Positions 1 through 9,538 are shown, numbered from the stretch's first letter. The stretch is DNA of 48,453 bases from Deltaproteobacteria bacterium UBA2221 (GCA_002328485.1 DCUF01000009.1:1-48453), one strand, 5' to 3'. The notes: generated by a model from the letters alone, not told the origin. Numbers and translations: made by a program.

Positions 1-743
1 ACCGAGTCGGAGACAATCAGGATCCTGTCCCGTGGTTTTGCCTTGAAAACCAGCCTGATGGTCTCGAGATGAAGATGGTGGGGGTCGGCAATGATCTCAA
101 TGTATACGTGGGGGTTGGTAAGGGCGAATCCTGCCACCCCCGGTTCACGATGGGTGAAGGGTCGCATGGCGTTGAAAAGGTGGGTGACCCCCCTGGCCCC
201 TGCTCGGAACCCGGCCTCGGCCTCGGTATAGCTGGCATCTGAGTGGCCCATCGTTACGATCGTCCCTGTCTTTACTATCTTTTTGATCAACTCGGGTGCT
301 CCGTGAAGTTCGGGCGCCAGGGTCACGACTCTGACTGTATCTTCGAAGCCCTCGGTCAGCTCCTCATAGGCCCCCCACGAAGGCGTCAGGAACATTTGTG
401 GATCAAGAGCACCGCATTGTAAGGGGTTAAGAAACGGGCCTTCCAAGTGGGCCCCCAAGATTCGGGCAGACGACCCCCTGTTGGGTTGAGAATGGGGGAC
501 GTGAGAGACAAAAGTTTCGTGGGCAAATTCCGATTGTTGTCTCTCCATAGCCTCTTTGACCGTGGCTAACTGGCGCCGCATCACGGGAATCGGACCGGGG
601 TAGAGAGAGAGGAGAATCTCCGAAACCCCTTCCCCTCCCTCGATCCCCGCAATGGCGAGCATGTCGGCCACAGAATCCGTCCGGGTGTCAAGACCCTCAA
701 CGCCGTGAAGGTGGAGATCGATAAGGCCGGATGTGGTACCCAT
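1..743 (-). CDS. nagA: N-acetylglucosamine-6-phosphate deacetylase (3' end runs off the window)
   Basis: Not in the ORF track. Manual translation from ATG 743 gives MGTTSGLIDLHLHG...ILGAHLEGPFL...VTLAPE...GHSDA...THLFNAM...IIADPHH...LIVSDS, the NagA amidohydrolase motifs. Confidence 0.93.
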   Translation of the reverse strand, partial: MGTTSGLIDLHLHGVEGLDTRTDSVADMLAIAGIEGGEGVSEILLSLYPGPIPVMRRQLATVKEAMERQQSEFAHETFVSHVPHSQPNRGSSARILGAHLEGPFLNPLQCGALDPQMFLTPSWGAYEELTEGFEDTVRVVTLAPELHGAPELIKKIVKTGTIVTMGHSDASYTEAEAGFRAGARGVTHLFNAMRPFTHREPGVAGFALTNPHVYIEIIADPHHLHLETIRLVFKAKPRDRILIVSDS

Positions 744-852
744 AAGGCAAACCTTACCATGTCGGGTGAAAAACGTGAAGTCCTCATTCGAAACCAAAGC
801 TTGCCGTCCCGTAGCCGCCTTTGCTATAGTGTGGTGAGGAAAGGGGTTGATC

Positions 853-1602
853 ATGGGATCGAATGAAACCATCCGGCTGGGCACGTGGTCACGGGAGTCG
901 ATTAGCGAACTTCTTGCATCCCTCGGGGATGGATCGGTGGGCTCGAAAATCGGCGTAATTTCTGGGGCCTTTCTCGGGACACCGTATGAACAGGCCACGC
1001 TGATGGGCAGCGCCGAGATCGAAGAATGCGTGGTAGTAAACCTGGCTGGGCTCGACTGCTTCACCTTTCTTGATTACGTCGAGGCTATGCGCCGTTCGAA
1101 TTCCTTTGACGAGTTCGTCTGCAGGGTTAAAGAAGTGAGGTACCGATCAGGCGTTGTGAGCTATCGCACCAGAAATCATTTCTTTACCGACTGGATAGAG
1201 CAGAACGGGGCCTATGTTACCGACGTGACGGGCGATATCGGTGGCAACGATGTTAGAACGGTCAGAAAGCACCTGAACAGAAGACACGATGGGACTGCTT
1301 ACGTCCCGGATATCACGCCATTCGATAGAGACGTAACCTACCTCCCCATCAATGCCCTTTTTGGGGCCGTCCATCGCCTGCAAATCGGGGATTACCTGGG
1401 AGTCTACTCTCCCTTTGAAGGTCTGGACGTGAGCCATACGGGTATCGTGGTTGAGGTTCAGGGAGGCTTGGCCCTTCGTCATGCATCCTCTCGTGAAGGT
1501 GCGCGGCGTGTCGTAGATCAAGACCTTATGAACTACCTCGTTGACAAACCCGGGATGATCATCCTCCGCCCCCACGAGGCGGCTCCCCTGTTGCCTCTTT
1601 GA
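853..1602 (+). CDS. DUF1460 family N-acetylmuramoyl-L-alanine amidase-like protein (NlpC/P60-related), no signal peptide
   Basis: Motifs FLGTPY, LDCFTFLDYVEA, RNHFFTDW, GLDVSHTG and RHASS. Start is ATG 853 or TTG 847. Confidence 0.85.
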   Translation: MGSNETIRLGTWSRESISELLASLGDGSVGSKIGVISGAFLGTPYEQATLMGSAEIEECVVVNLAGLDCFTFLDYVEAMRRSNSFDEFVCRVKEVRYRSGVVSYRTRNHFFTDWIEQNGAYVTDVTGDIGGNDVRTVRKHLNRRHDGTAYVPDITPFDRDVTYLPINALFGAVHRLQIGDYLGVYSPFEGLDVSHTGIVVEVQGGLALRHASSREGARRVVDQDLMNYLVDKPGMIILRPHEAAPLLPL

Positions 1603-1635
1603 TAGGAATCGTTCCCTTCTGCGTCGCGGGGCGCC

Positions 1636-2886
1636 CTAAACCTCCGGTTTCTCGACCTCTTTTCGAAGATAACCCAGTAGAAAAAGGCCTGGGATCGCTG
1701 AAAGGGTCGTAATAAAGAAGAACGAAGCCCAGCCCAGCCAGTCAACGAGAAACCCTGAAGTCGGGGTCACACAAACCCTGCCCAGCACCGCAAGAGAAGA
1801 AAGAAGAGCGAACTGCGTGGCACTGTAGCGTTGGTTACAGAGGTGCATAAGGAGAGATACGAAGGCTGCGGTCCCCATTCCCCCTGAAAGGTTTTCGAAG
1901 CCAACCGCCCCTATCATGATGGGGTAGCTCTTTCCCGCCCAGGCAAGAACCATAAAGGAAAGATTCGAGACTGCCTGGAGTATGCCGAAGACCATGAGAG
2001 ACCGATAAAGCCCCAGACGGACCATGAGACTACCCCCGAGGGCGGCTCCGATGATAGTCGATACGATGGTCAGCATTTTATAGACCGTCCCGATCTCAGT
2101 TAAGGAAAACCCGACCCCCCTCATGAGAAAGGCCGTGGTAAGAGAACCGGCGTAGGCATCCCCGAGTTTGTAGAGTATGATGAGCAGAAGGATGGATAGG
2201 GCCCCTTTTCGGGCGAAAAAATCCGAAAGCGGGCCTGATATGGCCTCTTTCAGGGACCTTGGCGGCGCAGCCTTCCTTCTGGGCTCCGGGCCGAATACGG
2301 AACCAATCACACCGACAGTCATGGTGGCGGCCATCAAAAGGTAGGTGTCCCGAAAGCCGATACGATCAGAAAGGATAAAAGCCAAGCCACCGGATACCAA
2401 CATGGCGATGCGATAACCGGCTACATAGACGGCCGCACCGGCACCCCTTTCCACTTGTTCAAGCACGTCAGTTCGGTAGGCGTCTATGACGATATCCTGG
2501 GACGCGGAAGCAAAGGCAACAATAAAGGCAAAAATCGCCAGCAAGGCCAAAGATGTCTTGGGAGAACTGCCGGCCATCAGCCCGATAGCAAGTATCAGGA
2601 CCAACTGGGTACAGAGCATCCAGCCCCGGCGCCTCCCGAAAAACGGGGGGACGAACCTGTCCATGAGAGGCGACCAGAGGAATTTCAAGGTGTACGGCAG
2701 GCCGACGAGCGAAAATATTCCAATAGTACGGAGATCGACACCGACAGCCGTCATCCAGGCCTGGAGCGTACTTGCTGTGAGGGCCAGGGGTAATCCGGCG
2801 GAAAAGCCCACCAGGGACATTACCCCTACTCGACGATTCCAGTATACCTGTGCATAAGGCCTGATCCGTTGAGAGAAACCCGTCAT
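1636..2886 (-). CDS. ampG: AmpG family muropeptide MFS permease
   Basis: GFSAGLP, LKFLWSPLMD, GRRRGW, SASQDIVIDAYR, YKLGDA, SATQFALLSS. ATG 2886 is preferred over the longer ORF start. Confidence 0.93.
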   Translation of the reverse strand: MTGFSQRIRPYAQVYWNRRVGVMSLVGFSAGLPLALTASTLQAWMTAVGVDLRTIGIFSLVGLPYTLKFLWSPLMDRFVPPFFGRRRGWMLCTQLVLILAIGLMAGSSPKTSLALLAIFAFIVAFASASQDIVIDAYRTDVLEQVERGAGAAVYVAGYRIAMLVSGGLAFILSDRIGFRDTYLLMAATMTVGVIGSVFGPEPRRKAAPPRSLKEAISGPLSDFFARKGALSILLLIILYKLGDAYAGSLTTAFLMRGVGFSLTEIGTVYKMLTIVSTIIGAALGGSLMVRLGLYRSLMVFGILQAVSNLSFMVLAWAGKSYPIMIGAVGFENLSGGMGTAAFVSLLMHLCNQRYSATQFALLSSLAVLGRVCVTPTSGFLVDWLGWASFFFITTLSAIPGLFLLGYLRKEVEKPEV

Positions 2887-3027
2887 TGCTGCATCCTTTG
2901 CCCACCTTATCCGCCGCCGGAGCACCGCCGAACTCCGGTCGGATAGGGAAGTCTATCAGATCGCAGGGAGCGGGCACAAGAAAAAGGCAGGTCACCCATC
3001 ACCTCCCCGATGGGCGCTATCTGCAGG

Positions 3028-3056
3028 TTGTCAAATAGCCTGACCGGCATTACAAT
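3028..3056 (+). promoter_or_regulatory. sigma70-type promoter
   Basis: TTGTCA-17 bp-TACAAT upstream of the HAD gene. Confidence 0.55.
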
Positions 3057-3078
3057 GAGGCAGGAGATGCCCGGTTAC

Positions 3079-3687
3079 ATGAAACGAGCAGTGGTCTTTG
3101 ATTTTGGGGGCGTGATTGCCGAAGAGGGTTTTCGGGAGGGTTTGAAGGCAATTGCAAGAGCAAACGGATTGGACGAAGTCGTGTTCTTCGAGGGAGCTCG
3201 GGATCTGATCTATCAAACCGGCTACGTGACAGGTACCAGTGATGAAGAGACCTACTGGCAGGCGGTAAGACTCAGATTCGGTCTCGATGAATCCGACGAG
3301 AATCTTCGAGAGCAGATCCTCAAACGTTTCGTGGTGCGGCCTGAGATGCTCTCCTTCGCCTCGGATCTTCAGAAACGCGGCCATACCACGGGTCTGCTCA
3401 CGGACCAGACCGATTGGCTCTATCAGTTGGACAGGGAAGACGGGGCTGGGATTTTGATGCATTTCCAGTTTGTCTTCAATTCCTATGACCTCCACATGAG
3501 CAAGCGGGATAAAGGCCTTTTCCGGTATGTTGAACAGACGTTGAAGACCGCTCCTGAGGACATTCTGTTTGTGGACGATAACCCCGACAATATTCAGATG
3601 GCCGCCCAACGGGGTTGGAAAGCTGTTCTTTTTTGGGATTATAAGACTCTGAAGGAGGAAGTTGTCGGCTTCACCACAAATGACTAA
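3079..3687 (+). CDS. HAD-superfamily phosphatase (YihX-like)
   Basis: Motif I VVFDFGGV and motif IV LFVDDNPDN. Start placed downstream of the predicted promoter. Confidence 0.85.
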   Translation: MKRAVVFDFGGVIAEEGFREGLKAIARANGLDEVVFFEGARDLIYQTGYVTGTSDEETYWQAVRLRFGLDESDENLREQILKRFVVRPEMLSFASDLQKRGHTTGLLTDQTDWLYQLDREDGAGILMHFQFVFNSYDLHMSKRDKGLFRYVEQTLKTAPEDILFVDDNPDNIQMAAQRGWKAVLFWDYKTLKEEVVGFTTND

Positions 3688-3734
3688 AGCAGTTGACCCA
3701 TGAGTGCGATAATATCCCTAAAGGAGGATTCGCC

Positions 3735-4037
3735 ATGAGAAAAGCATCGCTTGCCGCGATACTGGTCTGTTTCGTGGTCGGACTCGTATCGCCCCTCTAC
3801 GCCGAAACAGGCCTGACCTATGAGATGAGAGACGCCGAGCCAACGGGCGAAGGAATGCTTGCAGACATAGCCTTTGCCAGGCCGGTAGGTGCCGCGGCCC
3901 TTGTCTTGGGCGCTGCCGCCAGCATTGTGGCCCTTCCCTTCGCCTTGATGACGTGTACCACCGGGACCATGTACAAGAAACTTGTGGGTGAGCCTTTCTC
4001 ATACACTTTCCAGAGGCCCCTTGGCGAGGGGATGTAA
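3735..4037 (+). CDS. small exported/membrane conserved hypothetical protein
   Basis: SD AAGGAGG, signal-peptide-like N-terminus, DIAFARPVG...LPF...PFSYTFQRPLG pattern. Confidence 0.7.
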   Translation: MRKASLAAILVCFVVGLVSPLYAETGLTYEMRDAEPTGEGMLADIAFARPVGAAALVLGAAASIVALPFALMTCTTGTMYKKLVGEPFSYTFQRPLGEGM

Positions 4038-4125
4038 GACCGACGGGGTCTGACGGAGAAGCACCAGCGATAACGGGGCGCCTACTGCCCTGCGGGGTCT
4101 AGGACGACCCGAACATCAAGCGGAT

Positions 4126-4145
4126 AAAGCACCGAGGTGCTTTTT
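4126..4145 (+). terminator. intrinsic terminator, possibly bidirectional
   Basis: AAAGCACC-GA-GGTGCTTT followed by TT, between convergent genes. Confidence 0.6.
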
Positions 4146-4319
4146 GCATTTGTGGCAGGGCTGCACCCTGATCGCCCCATCGCTCGGCTGGAATCCTGCT
4201 CCTTGCCCACAACGGGGCATGAACGACCACCGTGTCGGCCACGGGTAGACCTACATTCGATCTTAAGGGGAATACAGAGCTAGAGGGTCATTTTCAACGG
4301 AGGAACAGCCTGCGGGGCG

Positions 4320-4790
4320 TCACGTGCGGTTGTAGTCATCCTCGACCCTCTCGATGTCGTCCTCACCGAAATAGTCGCCCTTTTGTACTTCTATGAAAAT
4401 CAACAGTTCCTTCCCTGTATTTTCAATGCGGTGGAGGGCTTCACGCGCTACCCTGATACACTCCCCTTCCCCCAGCAGAAAATCCTGCCCATTGATGGTA
4501 ACGCGTGCCTGCCCCCGCATGATTTGCCAGTGTTCTTCCCTTCTAGAATGTCTCTGATAGCTGAGCCTTTTGCCTGGGGAGACCTCGATCCTCTTGACCT
4601 TAAAATCCTCCTGGCTATCCAGGACAAACCAGTCTCCCCACGGAGGAAGACCTTCGGTGGCTTTTGGGGAGACGACAAGGCTGCCCAGTGATCGAAAGCG
4701 CTCGCGGAGGTCGGTCATGATAACGTCAGCCGTAACCCCGTCGGGCCATTGGTTCATCATCTCCCGTATATGGTCCTTGAGCCCGCTCAT
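4320..4790 (-). CDS. cupin, mannose-6-phosphate isomerase type II C-terminal-like
   Basis: PWG, KVKRIEVSPGKRLSYQRH..REEHW, HRIEN, IEVQKGDYFGEDDIER. SD GGAGG. Confidence 0.88.
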   Translation of the reverse strand: MSGLKDHIREMMNQWPDGVTADVIMTDLRERFRSLGSLVVSPKATEGLPPWGDWFVLDSQEDFKVKRIEVSPGKRLSYQRHSRREEHWQIMRGQARVTINGQDFLLGEGECIRVAREALHRIENTGKELLIFIEVQKGDYFGEDDIERVEDDYNRT

Positions 4791-4884
4791 GTCAACACCC
4801 TCCGACTACTTGTGCGCCTCCGGGTGTGGGTAGCGTCAGCACCTTTCCCCTTCACCACAGAAACCCGACCTATTCAGAGGCGGA

Positions 4885-5640
4885 CTACTTCCTCTTGAAC
4901 ATAACCCCAAGCCGTTCCTGGAACTCCTCCTTGCCAGAAAACTCCGACACCAGTCTCCGCTCCCTGCCCAACTGGGTGTCCAACATGGGAAAGAGCGTGG
5001 CATTGACCAGACCCTTCATGAAACCCACGGTTTCACCGGGAAGGGCAATCAGCTGGTCAATCAAATCCTTGAGCCTTGCCTCAAGCTCCTCCTGGCTGTA
5101 GACAAAGTTGACTATCCCTATCTCCTGGGCCTTTTGCATGTCGATATTGGAGCAGAGCAGGTAGAATTCGTTAAAGCGCTTCATGCCAACCAGCGTCGGC
5201 AGGAAGATGCTGCCCCCACCGTCAGGGGTCAGACCTATCCTCCGATAGGCCATATTCATGATAGCCCCCTTCTCGGCGACCGTAAGGTCGCAGGCGAGGG
5301 ACAGGCTTAAGCCGGCGCCGAAGGCAAGCCCTTCGACAACCGCCACGACAATGGTATTCATGTGCCTGATCTTCGCGATACTCTTGTTCAGTGCGTCGAC
5401 CATCGCGTCCACCTGGACGGTCGGCTCCGTACTGTCCCGGAATTCAATAACATCCCCGCCCGCGCAGAAGGTGGCTCCAGCCCCCCTGATGACGACAATG
5501 GCAGGGTTTCTTTCCTCGGCACGAAGGAGTGCAGCGTGCAGACCCTGGAGTAGTTCGAGACTCATGGAATTCTTTTTGTCAGGTCTGTTGAGAGTTATGG
5601 TAACAACGTTGTTCTCAAAGGTCTCGCTCACGACTGACAT
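4885..5640 (-). CDS. enoyl-CoA hydratase/isomerase family protein
   Basis: ITLNRPDKKN, FCAGGD, AFGAGLSLSLACD, IGLTPDGG. Confidence 0.92.
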   Translation of the reverse strand: MSVVSETFENNVVTITLNRPDKKNSMSLELLQGLHAALLRAEERNPAIVVIRGAGATFCAGGDVIEFRDSTEPTVQVDAMVDALNKSIAKIRHMNTIVVAVVEGLAFGAGLSLSLACDLTVAEKGAIMNMAYRRIGLTPDGGGSIFLPTLVGMKRFNEFYLLCSNIDMQKAQEIGIVNFVYSQEELEARLKDLIDQLIALPGETVGFMKGLVNATLFPMLDTQLGRERRLVSEFSGKEEFQERLGVMFKRK

Positions 5641-5784
5641 AGGCTGCCTCCTCGTTAACGCTTCCCTAAAGGGTCTCTGCCCCTTCTCGATTTTCCTTTG
5701 CTGGCCGCGTCGAGCTTAGATTCTGCAATAGAGATGTCGATTTTGCAATAGGAAAGTGAGGCTTTCCTAAGGTACCTGCTCCGA

Positions 5785-6810
5785 TTATGGTGCGACGGCA
5801 AGCTTTTTGTAGAGCTCTTTCGGGGTTCTCGAGCCGGAAAACCACATGACCACCTCCAACTCCTCCCTAAGCCTATTCACGCCGGATATGACCTCCTCAG
5901 CCGATTTTGCCGCCCAACTGAGAAAAGGCAGAGCCATGCCGACGATACTCGCGCCCAACCCGAATGCCTTGGCCATGTCCACGCCGGTTCGAATACCTCC
6001 CGAGGCGATCAACTCCTGGTCAGCACGAAGGACGGACCTGGCAGATACCACTGCGTCCCTGGTTTGGGTGCCCAGTTCCTCGAACAGAGTATGGTCTTTT
6101 TTCTGGACTATGCCTTCGATGCGAGCCCAATTGGTGCCGCCAAGACCGGCCACGTCAATGCCCCGTATCTTCTGACCCGCCGCCCACTCGACAATTGACT
6201 GGGCCATCCCGAACCCTACCTCCTTGAGCAGCACGGGATAGGGAAAATCGATGAGAATGCCCCCAAGCATGTCAAGAACCCCGGAAAAATCCTCCTCTCC
6301 GTCAGCCTGAAGAATCTCATGCAGGGGGTTAACGTAGAGAATGATGCCGTCCGCTCCGATGCTTTCAACCGCCTTCAACAAATAATCCCGGCCGAGCCGA
6401 ACGTGAACCAGACCAAGGTTGGCAAGGAGCAAAATGGTCGGGGAAAATTCCCTGAGCATGTAGGAATCGGCAGAGGCCCTCCCCTCAAGCATGGGACGCT
6501 GCGAACCCACTGCCATCGCAATGCCCAGCTCTTCTGCTGCCACGGCGAGGTTTACGTTTATCTTTCGCGACAGACGGCCGCCGCCAGTGATGGGTGACAC
6601 GAGAAGGGGGAAGGCAAGGGTCTTGCCAAGAAGATCGCAAGACATATCCATCTCTCTCCGCCGAAAATTCGGAAACCCCGGTCTTATCTCTATGGTCTCA
6701 AAGCCATTGGATCGCATCGATTCGACCCGCTGCGACAGGCACGCCTGGATATGAGCGTCCTTTGCGGGAACGAAGTGCCCTAAAACCCCTTCCACCTTTT
6801 CTTCTATCAT
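5785..6810 (-). CDS. fni: type 2 isopentenyl-diphosphate delta-isomerase
   Basis: KDAHI, ITGGG, VGSQR, ANLG, NPLHE, LKEVGFG, DVAGLGGTNW, IASGGIRTG. Confidence 0.9.
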   Translation of the reverse strand: MIEEKVEGVLGHFVPAKDAHIQACLSQRVESMRSNGFETIEIRPGFPNFRRREMDMSCDLLGKTLAFPLLVSPITGGGRLSRKINVNLAVAAEELGIAMAVGSQRPMLEGRASADSYMLREFSPTILLLANLGLVHVRLGRDYLLKAVESIGADGIILYVNPLHEILQADGEEDFSGVLDMLGGILIDFPYPVLLKEVGFGMAQSIVEWAAGQKIRGIDVAGLGGTNWARIEGIVQKKDHTLFEELGTQTRDAVVSARSVLRADQELIASGGIRTGVDMAKAFGLGASIVGMALPFLSWAAKSAEEVISGVNRLREELEVVMWFSGSRTPKELYKKLAVAP

Positions 6811-7389
6811 CTATCCCCTCAAATCGATCAGACTTTTGACGGCCCTGTACACGTTATCAAAGGCCTCGGGCCGTTCCATAATGGAGCCCTTCGCGTCCAC
6901 ACCCAGAAAACTCACTGTCTGGTGTTCAGGCACGTTTATGGTTCTGAAAAAGGCCAAGGCAGTGGCCTCTCCACATTGCACGCCAATCTCCTTTTTCATA
7001 CCCCCCACCAAGATCAACAGGCCTCTCCGGCCGTTTGGACCTTCTGGTATGGGTCTCTTCAGCAGGTACTTCTCGCACCAAAAAGGCTGGCACCGGTCGA
7101 CCATCAACTTGGTCTGGGCTGAAAGACCGAAGAAGAAGATGGGCGAGGCCAGAACAATTCTATCGGAATTACGGATCGCTTCACTCACGTATGCCATATC
7201 GTCGCTGATGTCGCATTCACCTGTCTTCTCGCACTCGCCACAGTCCTGACAGGGCTTGATTGTGAGAAGATTGAGGTTGAATCGAACCACATCGTGGCCA
7301 GCCTTTTCCATCGGTATGATAGCCTGACAAAGCAACAGATCTATATTACCGCCGACCCTCGGGCTGCCGTTAAATACTGCAATCCTCAT
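6811..7389 (-). CDS. flavodoxin-fold NAD(P)H-dependent FMN reductase / iron-sulfur flavoprotein
   Basis: FNGSPRVGGN, a CxxCxxCxxxxxC cluster motif (CQDCGECEKTGEC), LASPIFF, KLMVDR. Confidence 0.88.
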   Translation of the reverse strand: MRIAVFNGSPRVGGNIDLLLCQAIIPMEKAGHDVVRFNLNLLTIKPCQDCGECEKTGECDISDDMAYVSEAIRNSDRIVLASPIFFFGLSAQTKLMVDRCQPFWCEKYLLKRPIPEGPNGRRGLLILVGGMKKEIGVQCGEATALAFFRTINVPEHQTVSFLGVDAKGSIMERPEAFDNVYRAVKSLIDLRG

Positions 7390-7411
7390 CGCTACCCCCC
7401 TTCTCTCAGCG

Positions 7412-7834
7412 CTACTTGGGAAATTCAAGGGTTATCTTCTCGCCACCATCCTCGCCTCTTATCTTGACCACGATCTCGACGCTGGAATCCCGAATGCCCA
7501 GGGCGAGGGGGACCTTCCCCTTATCTCCCTCGATATGGGTCATCTGCCGCAAGGCCTCCATGACCATCCGGCCTATTGAACCATCAGGCAGGGGCAACGC
7601 TCGCTTCCGGTATTCCGCCGTCGCCTTCACACCCCCTTCTGAGGATCGATACAACTTGATCTCCTCGGCGTTTTGGTCTATGCCGTGCAGCACGGCAAGG
7701 GCAAGCCATTTGAGCGCAGCCTCCTCTTTGTCCGATTCAGAGAAGACCGATGTCATCCCTTTCAGAGGATCGGTCTCGGCATAGCAATCACATAGTCCCT
7801 GGACCTTCTGCTGTACACTGCCCTTATCCTGCAT
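7412..7834 (-). CDS. conserved hypothetical protein
   Basis: 140 aa ORF with SD GGAGG, first gene of the apparent operon with the flavoprotein and fni. Confidence 0.75.
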   Translation of the reverse strand: MQDKGSVQQKVQGLCDCYAETDPLKGMTSVFSESDKEEAALKWLALAVLHGIDQNAEEIKLYRSSEGGVKATAEYRKRALPLPDGSIGRMVMEALRQMTHIEGDKGKVPLALGIRDSSVEIVVKIRGEDGGEKITLEFPK

Positions 7835-7994
7835 GGTCTACCTCCCCGTAAAATGAGGGGCCGAATAAGCCCGTCTCTCGTATCCACAAATTAATCCACC
7901 CCGGCACGACTTGCAAGGCTGTTATCGATATCAGCTTCCACTGCCTGCCATCGACAGTCCGGCAAAAATGCCCTTTTGCCGATGAACCGATTTT

Positions 7995-8009
7995 TGGCAC
8001 ATGGTTGGC
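7995..8009 (+). promoter_or_regulatory. possible sigma54 promoter of usp
   Basis: TGGCAC-ATGGT-TGGC has GG(-24) and GC(-12) at the canonical spacing, but TGGC replaces TTGC. Confidence 0.35.
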
Positions 8010-8057
8010 CTTGTGCCCTATCAGAGACCGTGTTACAGTGGACGAGGGGGGTTAATT

Positions 8058-8510
8058 ATGATCTCAAAGATCCTGGTTGCCACGGACGGCTCGGAGACAT
8101 CAAGGAAGGCTGTTTGTTATGCCATCGAGTTGGCGAAACTATCAAAAGGCACGGTAACCGCGTTAACGGTCATCGACCGCTCGGTTCTTGTTGGAAATCC
8201 CCTGGTACCCGCCTCTGCGACCCCGGCCCACATCATTGAACCGGTGGAAGACTACCTTAAGGAGGTGGCCCAGAAGGACCTTGATGAGATCAAAGAGCTT
8301 TGCGACAAAGAAGGGGTCAAGACGAGACTTGTGATCCTCTGTGGCCATCCCGTTGAGGAGATCGTCCGGGAGGCCGAGAGATCATCGGTTGATCTCATTA
8401 TCGTCGGCTCCCACGGAAGGAGTGCCATCCAGGCAGCCCTCATCGGCAGCACCACCTTCGGGGTGATCCACCGGGATACCAAGATCCCGGTCCTGGTAGT
8501 GCGCAAATAG
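8058..8510 (+). CDS. universal stress protein (UspA family)
   Basis: KILVATDGS, GHPVEEI, DLIIVGSHGRS...IGST, PVLVVR. SD GAGG. Confidence 0.93.
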   Translation: MISKILVATDGSETSRKAVCYAIELAKLSKGTVTALTVIDRSVLVGNPLVPASATPAHIIEPVEDYLKEVAQKDLDEIKELCDKEGVKTRLVILCGHPVEEIVREAERSSVDLIIVGSHGRSAIQAALIGSTTFGVIHRDTKIPVLVVRK

Positions 8511-8527
8511 ATCCTGCCAAATCAACA

Positions 8528-8555
8528 CCCTCTCGGGTCGTAGGTCCCGAGAGGG
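8528..8555. terminator. GC-rich hairpin between convergent usp and sigma genes
   Basis: CCCTCTCGGG-8 nt-CCCGAGAGGG, a perfect 10-bp stem. No clear U-tract. Confidence 0.5.
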
Positions 8556-8560
8556 GAGCC

Positions 8561-9487
8561 TTAACCAGCCGCGAGGATTCTTTCGGGCAATAGATTGGGC
8601 CGAAAAGCCTCTTTTGCCAAGACCGTTCTCTTGAGCTCCCTTTTGAGACTCTTCCAGATTCTGTCTTCCACCTGTCTGACCCTCTCCCTGGATATGCTGA
8701 ACTGTTTCCCTATCTCTTGTAGGGTGAGCGGCTGGTCGGACATGATTCGGTTCTCGAGAACAAATCGGTCTCGGTAGTTGAGCCTGGCCTTGAATTCCCG
8801 AATCTTATCTTCCAGCATTTCCCGCTTCTCCTTAGCCGCAACCATGTCTTCTATGTTTTCCCCGCCGCGCACCATCTCGAGGTAGCTGCTCGTCTCACCG
8901 CCCTTGTCGTTCGACTCATCGAGAGACACATCTCCTGAGGAAAAACGGATCTCCATATCTTCGATGTCCTCTTCCTTCACATCGAGAACCTGGGCAAGAG
9001 CGGCCGCTTCGGGCACAATTCCCTGTCCTTCAAGCTGTTTCTTTGCCTTGTTCAGACTGTAGAAAAGCTTCCTCTGGCTCTGTGTGGTTCCTATCTTAAC
9101 GATACTCCAGACATTCATGATATGTTTCAGGATATAGGCCCTTATCCAGAAGGATGCGTAGGTGGAAAACCTCGTCCCCTTTTGAGGATCGTATTTCTTG
9201 GCAGCATGTATGAGACCCACATTTCCTTCCTGGATGAGGTCAAGAACATTCAAGTAGGCGTTGTAGTAATTGAGCGCTACCTTCACCACCAGGCGAAGAT
9301 TCGACATGATGAGCTTCTCAATCGCCTTCTTGTCATCGTGATTGTGGGCCAATTCCGCCAGCTCCCGCTCCTCGCTGCTGGTAAGGATGGGATATTTGGA
9401 AATCTCGGCAAAGTACATTTTTAGCGGATCGTTACCTGAAACGGCATTCATCTCGTCCCGTTGTCGTATCATGGGTAGCTCCTTCAT
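8561..9487 (-). CDS. rpoH: RNA polymerase sigma factor, RpoH/sigma32-like
   Basis: SNLRLVVKVA, DLIQEGNVGL, RFSTYASFWIRA, RpoH box KIGTTQSQRKLF, TLQEIG...SRERVRQ. Confidence 0.85.
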   Translation of the reverse strand: MKELPMIRQRDEMNAVSGNDPLKMYFAEISKYPILTSSEERELAELAHNHDDKKAIEKLIMSNLRLVVKVALNYYNAYLNVLDLIQEGNVGLIHAAKKYDPQKGTRFSTYASFWIRAYILKHIMNVWSIVKIGTTQSQRKLFYSLNKAKKQLEGQGIVPEAAALAQVLDVKEEDIEDMEIRFSSGDVSLDESNDKGGETSSYLEMVRGGENIEDMVAAKEKREMLEDKIREFKARLNYRDRFVLENRIMSDQPLTLQEIGKQFSISRERVRQVEDRIWKSLKRELKRTVLAKEAFRPNLLPERILAAG

Positions 9488-9538
9488 GGTTCAGATTTGT
9501 TTCTCCCGGGTCTTCTGGGACTGCCGTACGTGCTGGTT

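Noticed and set aside
17-787. Track ORFs 17..238 and 581..787
   Set aside because: They are alternative frames over nagA, which is open in a different frame.
7901-7916. CGGCACGACTTGCA as a sigma54 promoter
   Set aside because: The GG-to-GC spacing is 2 nt too short.
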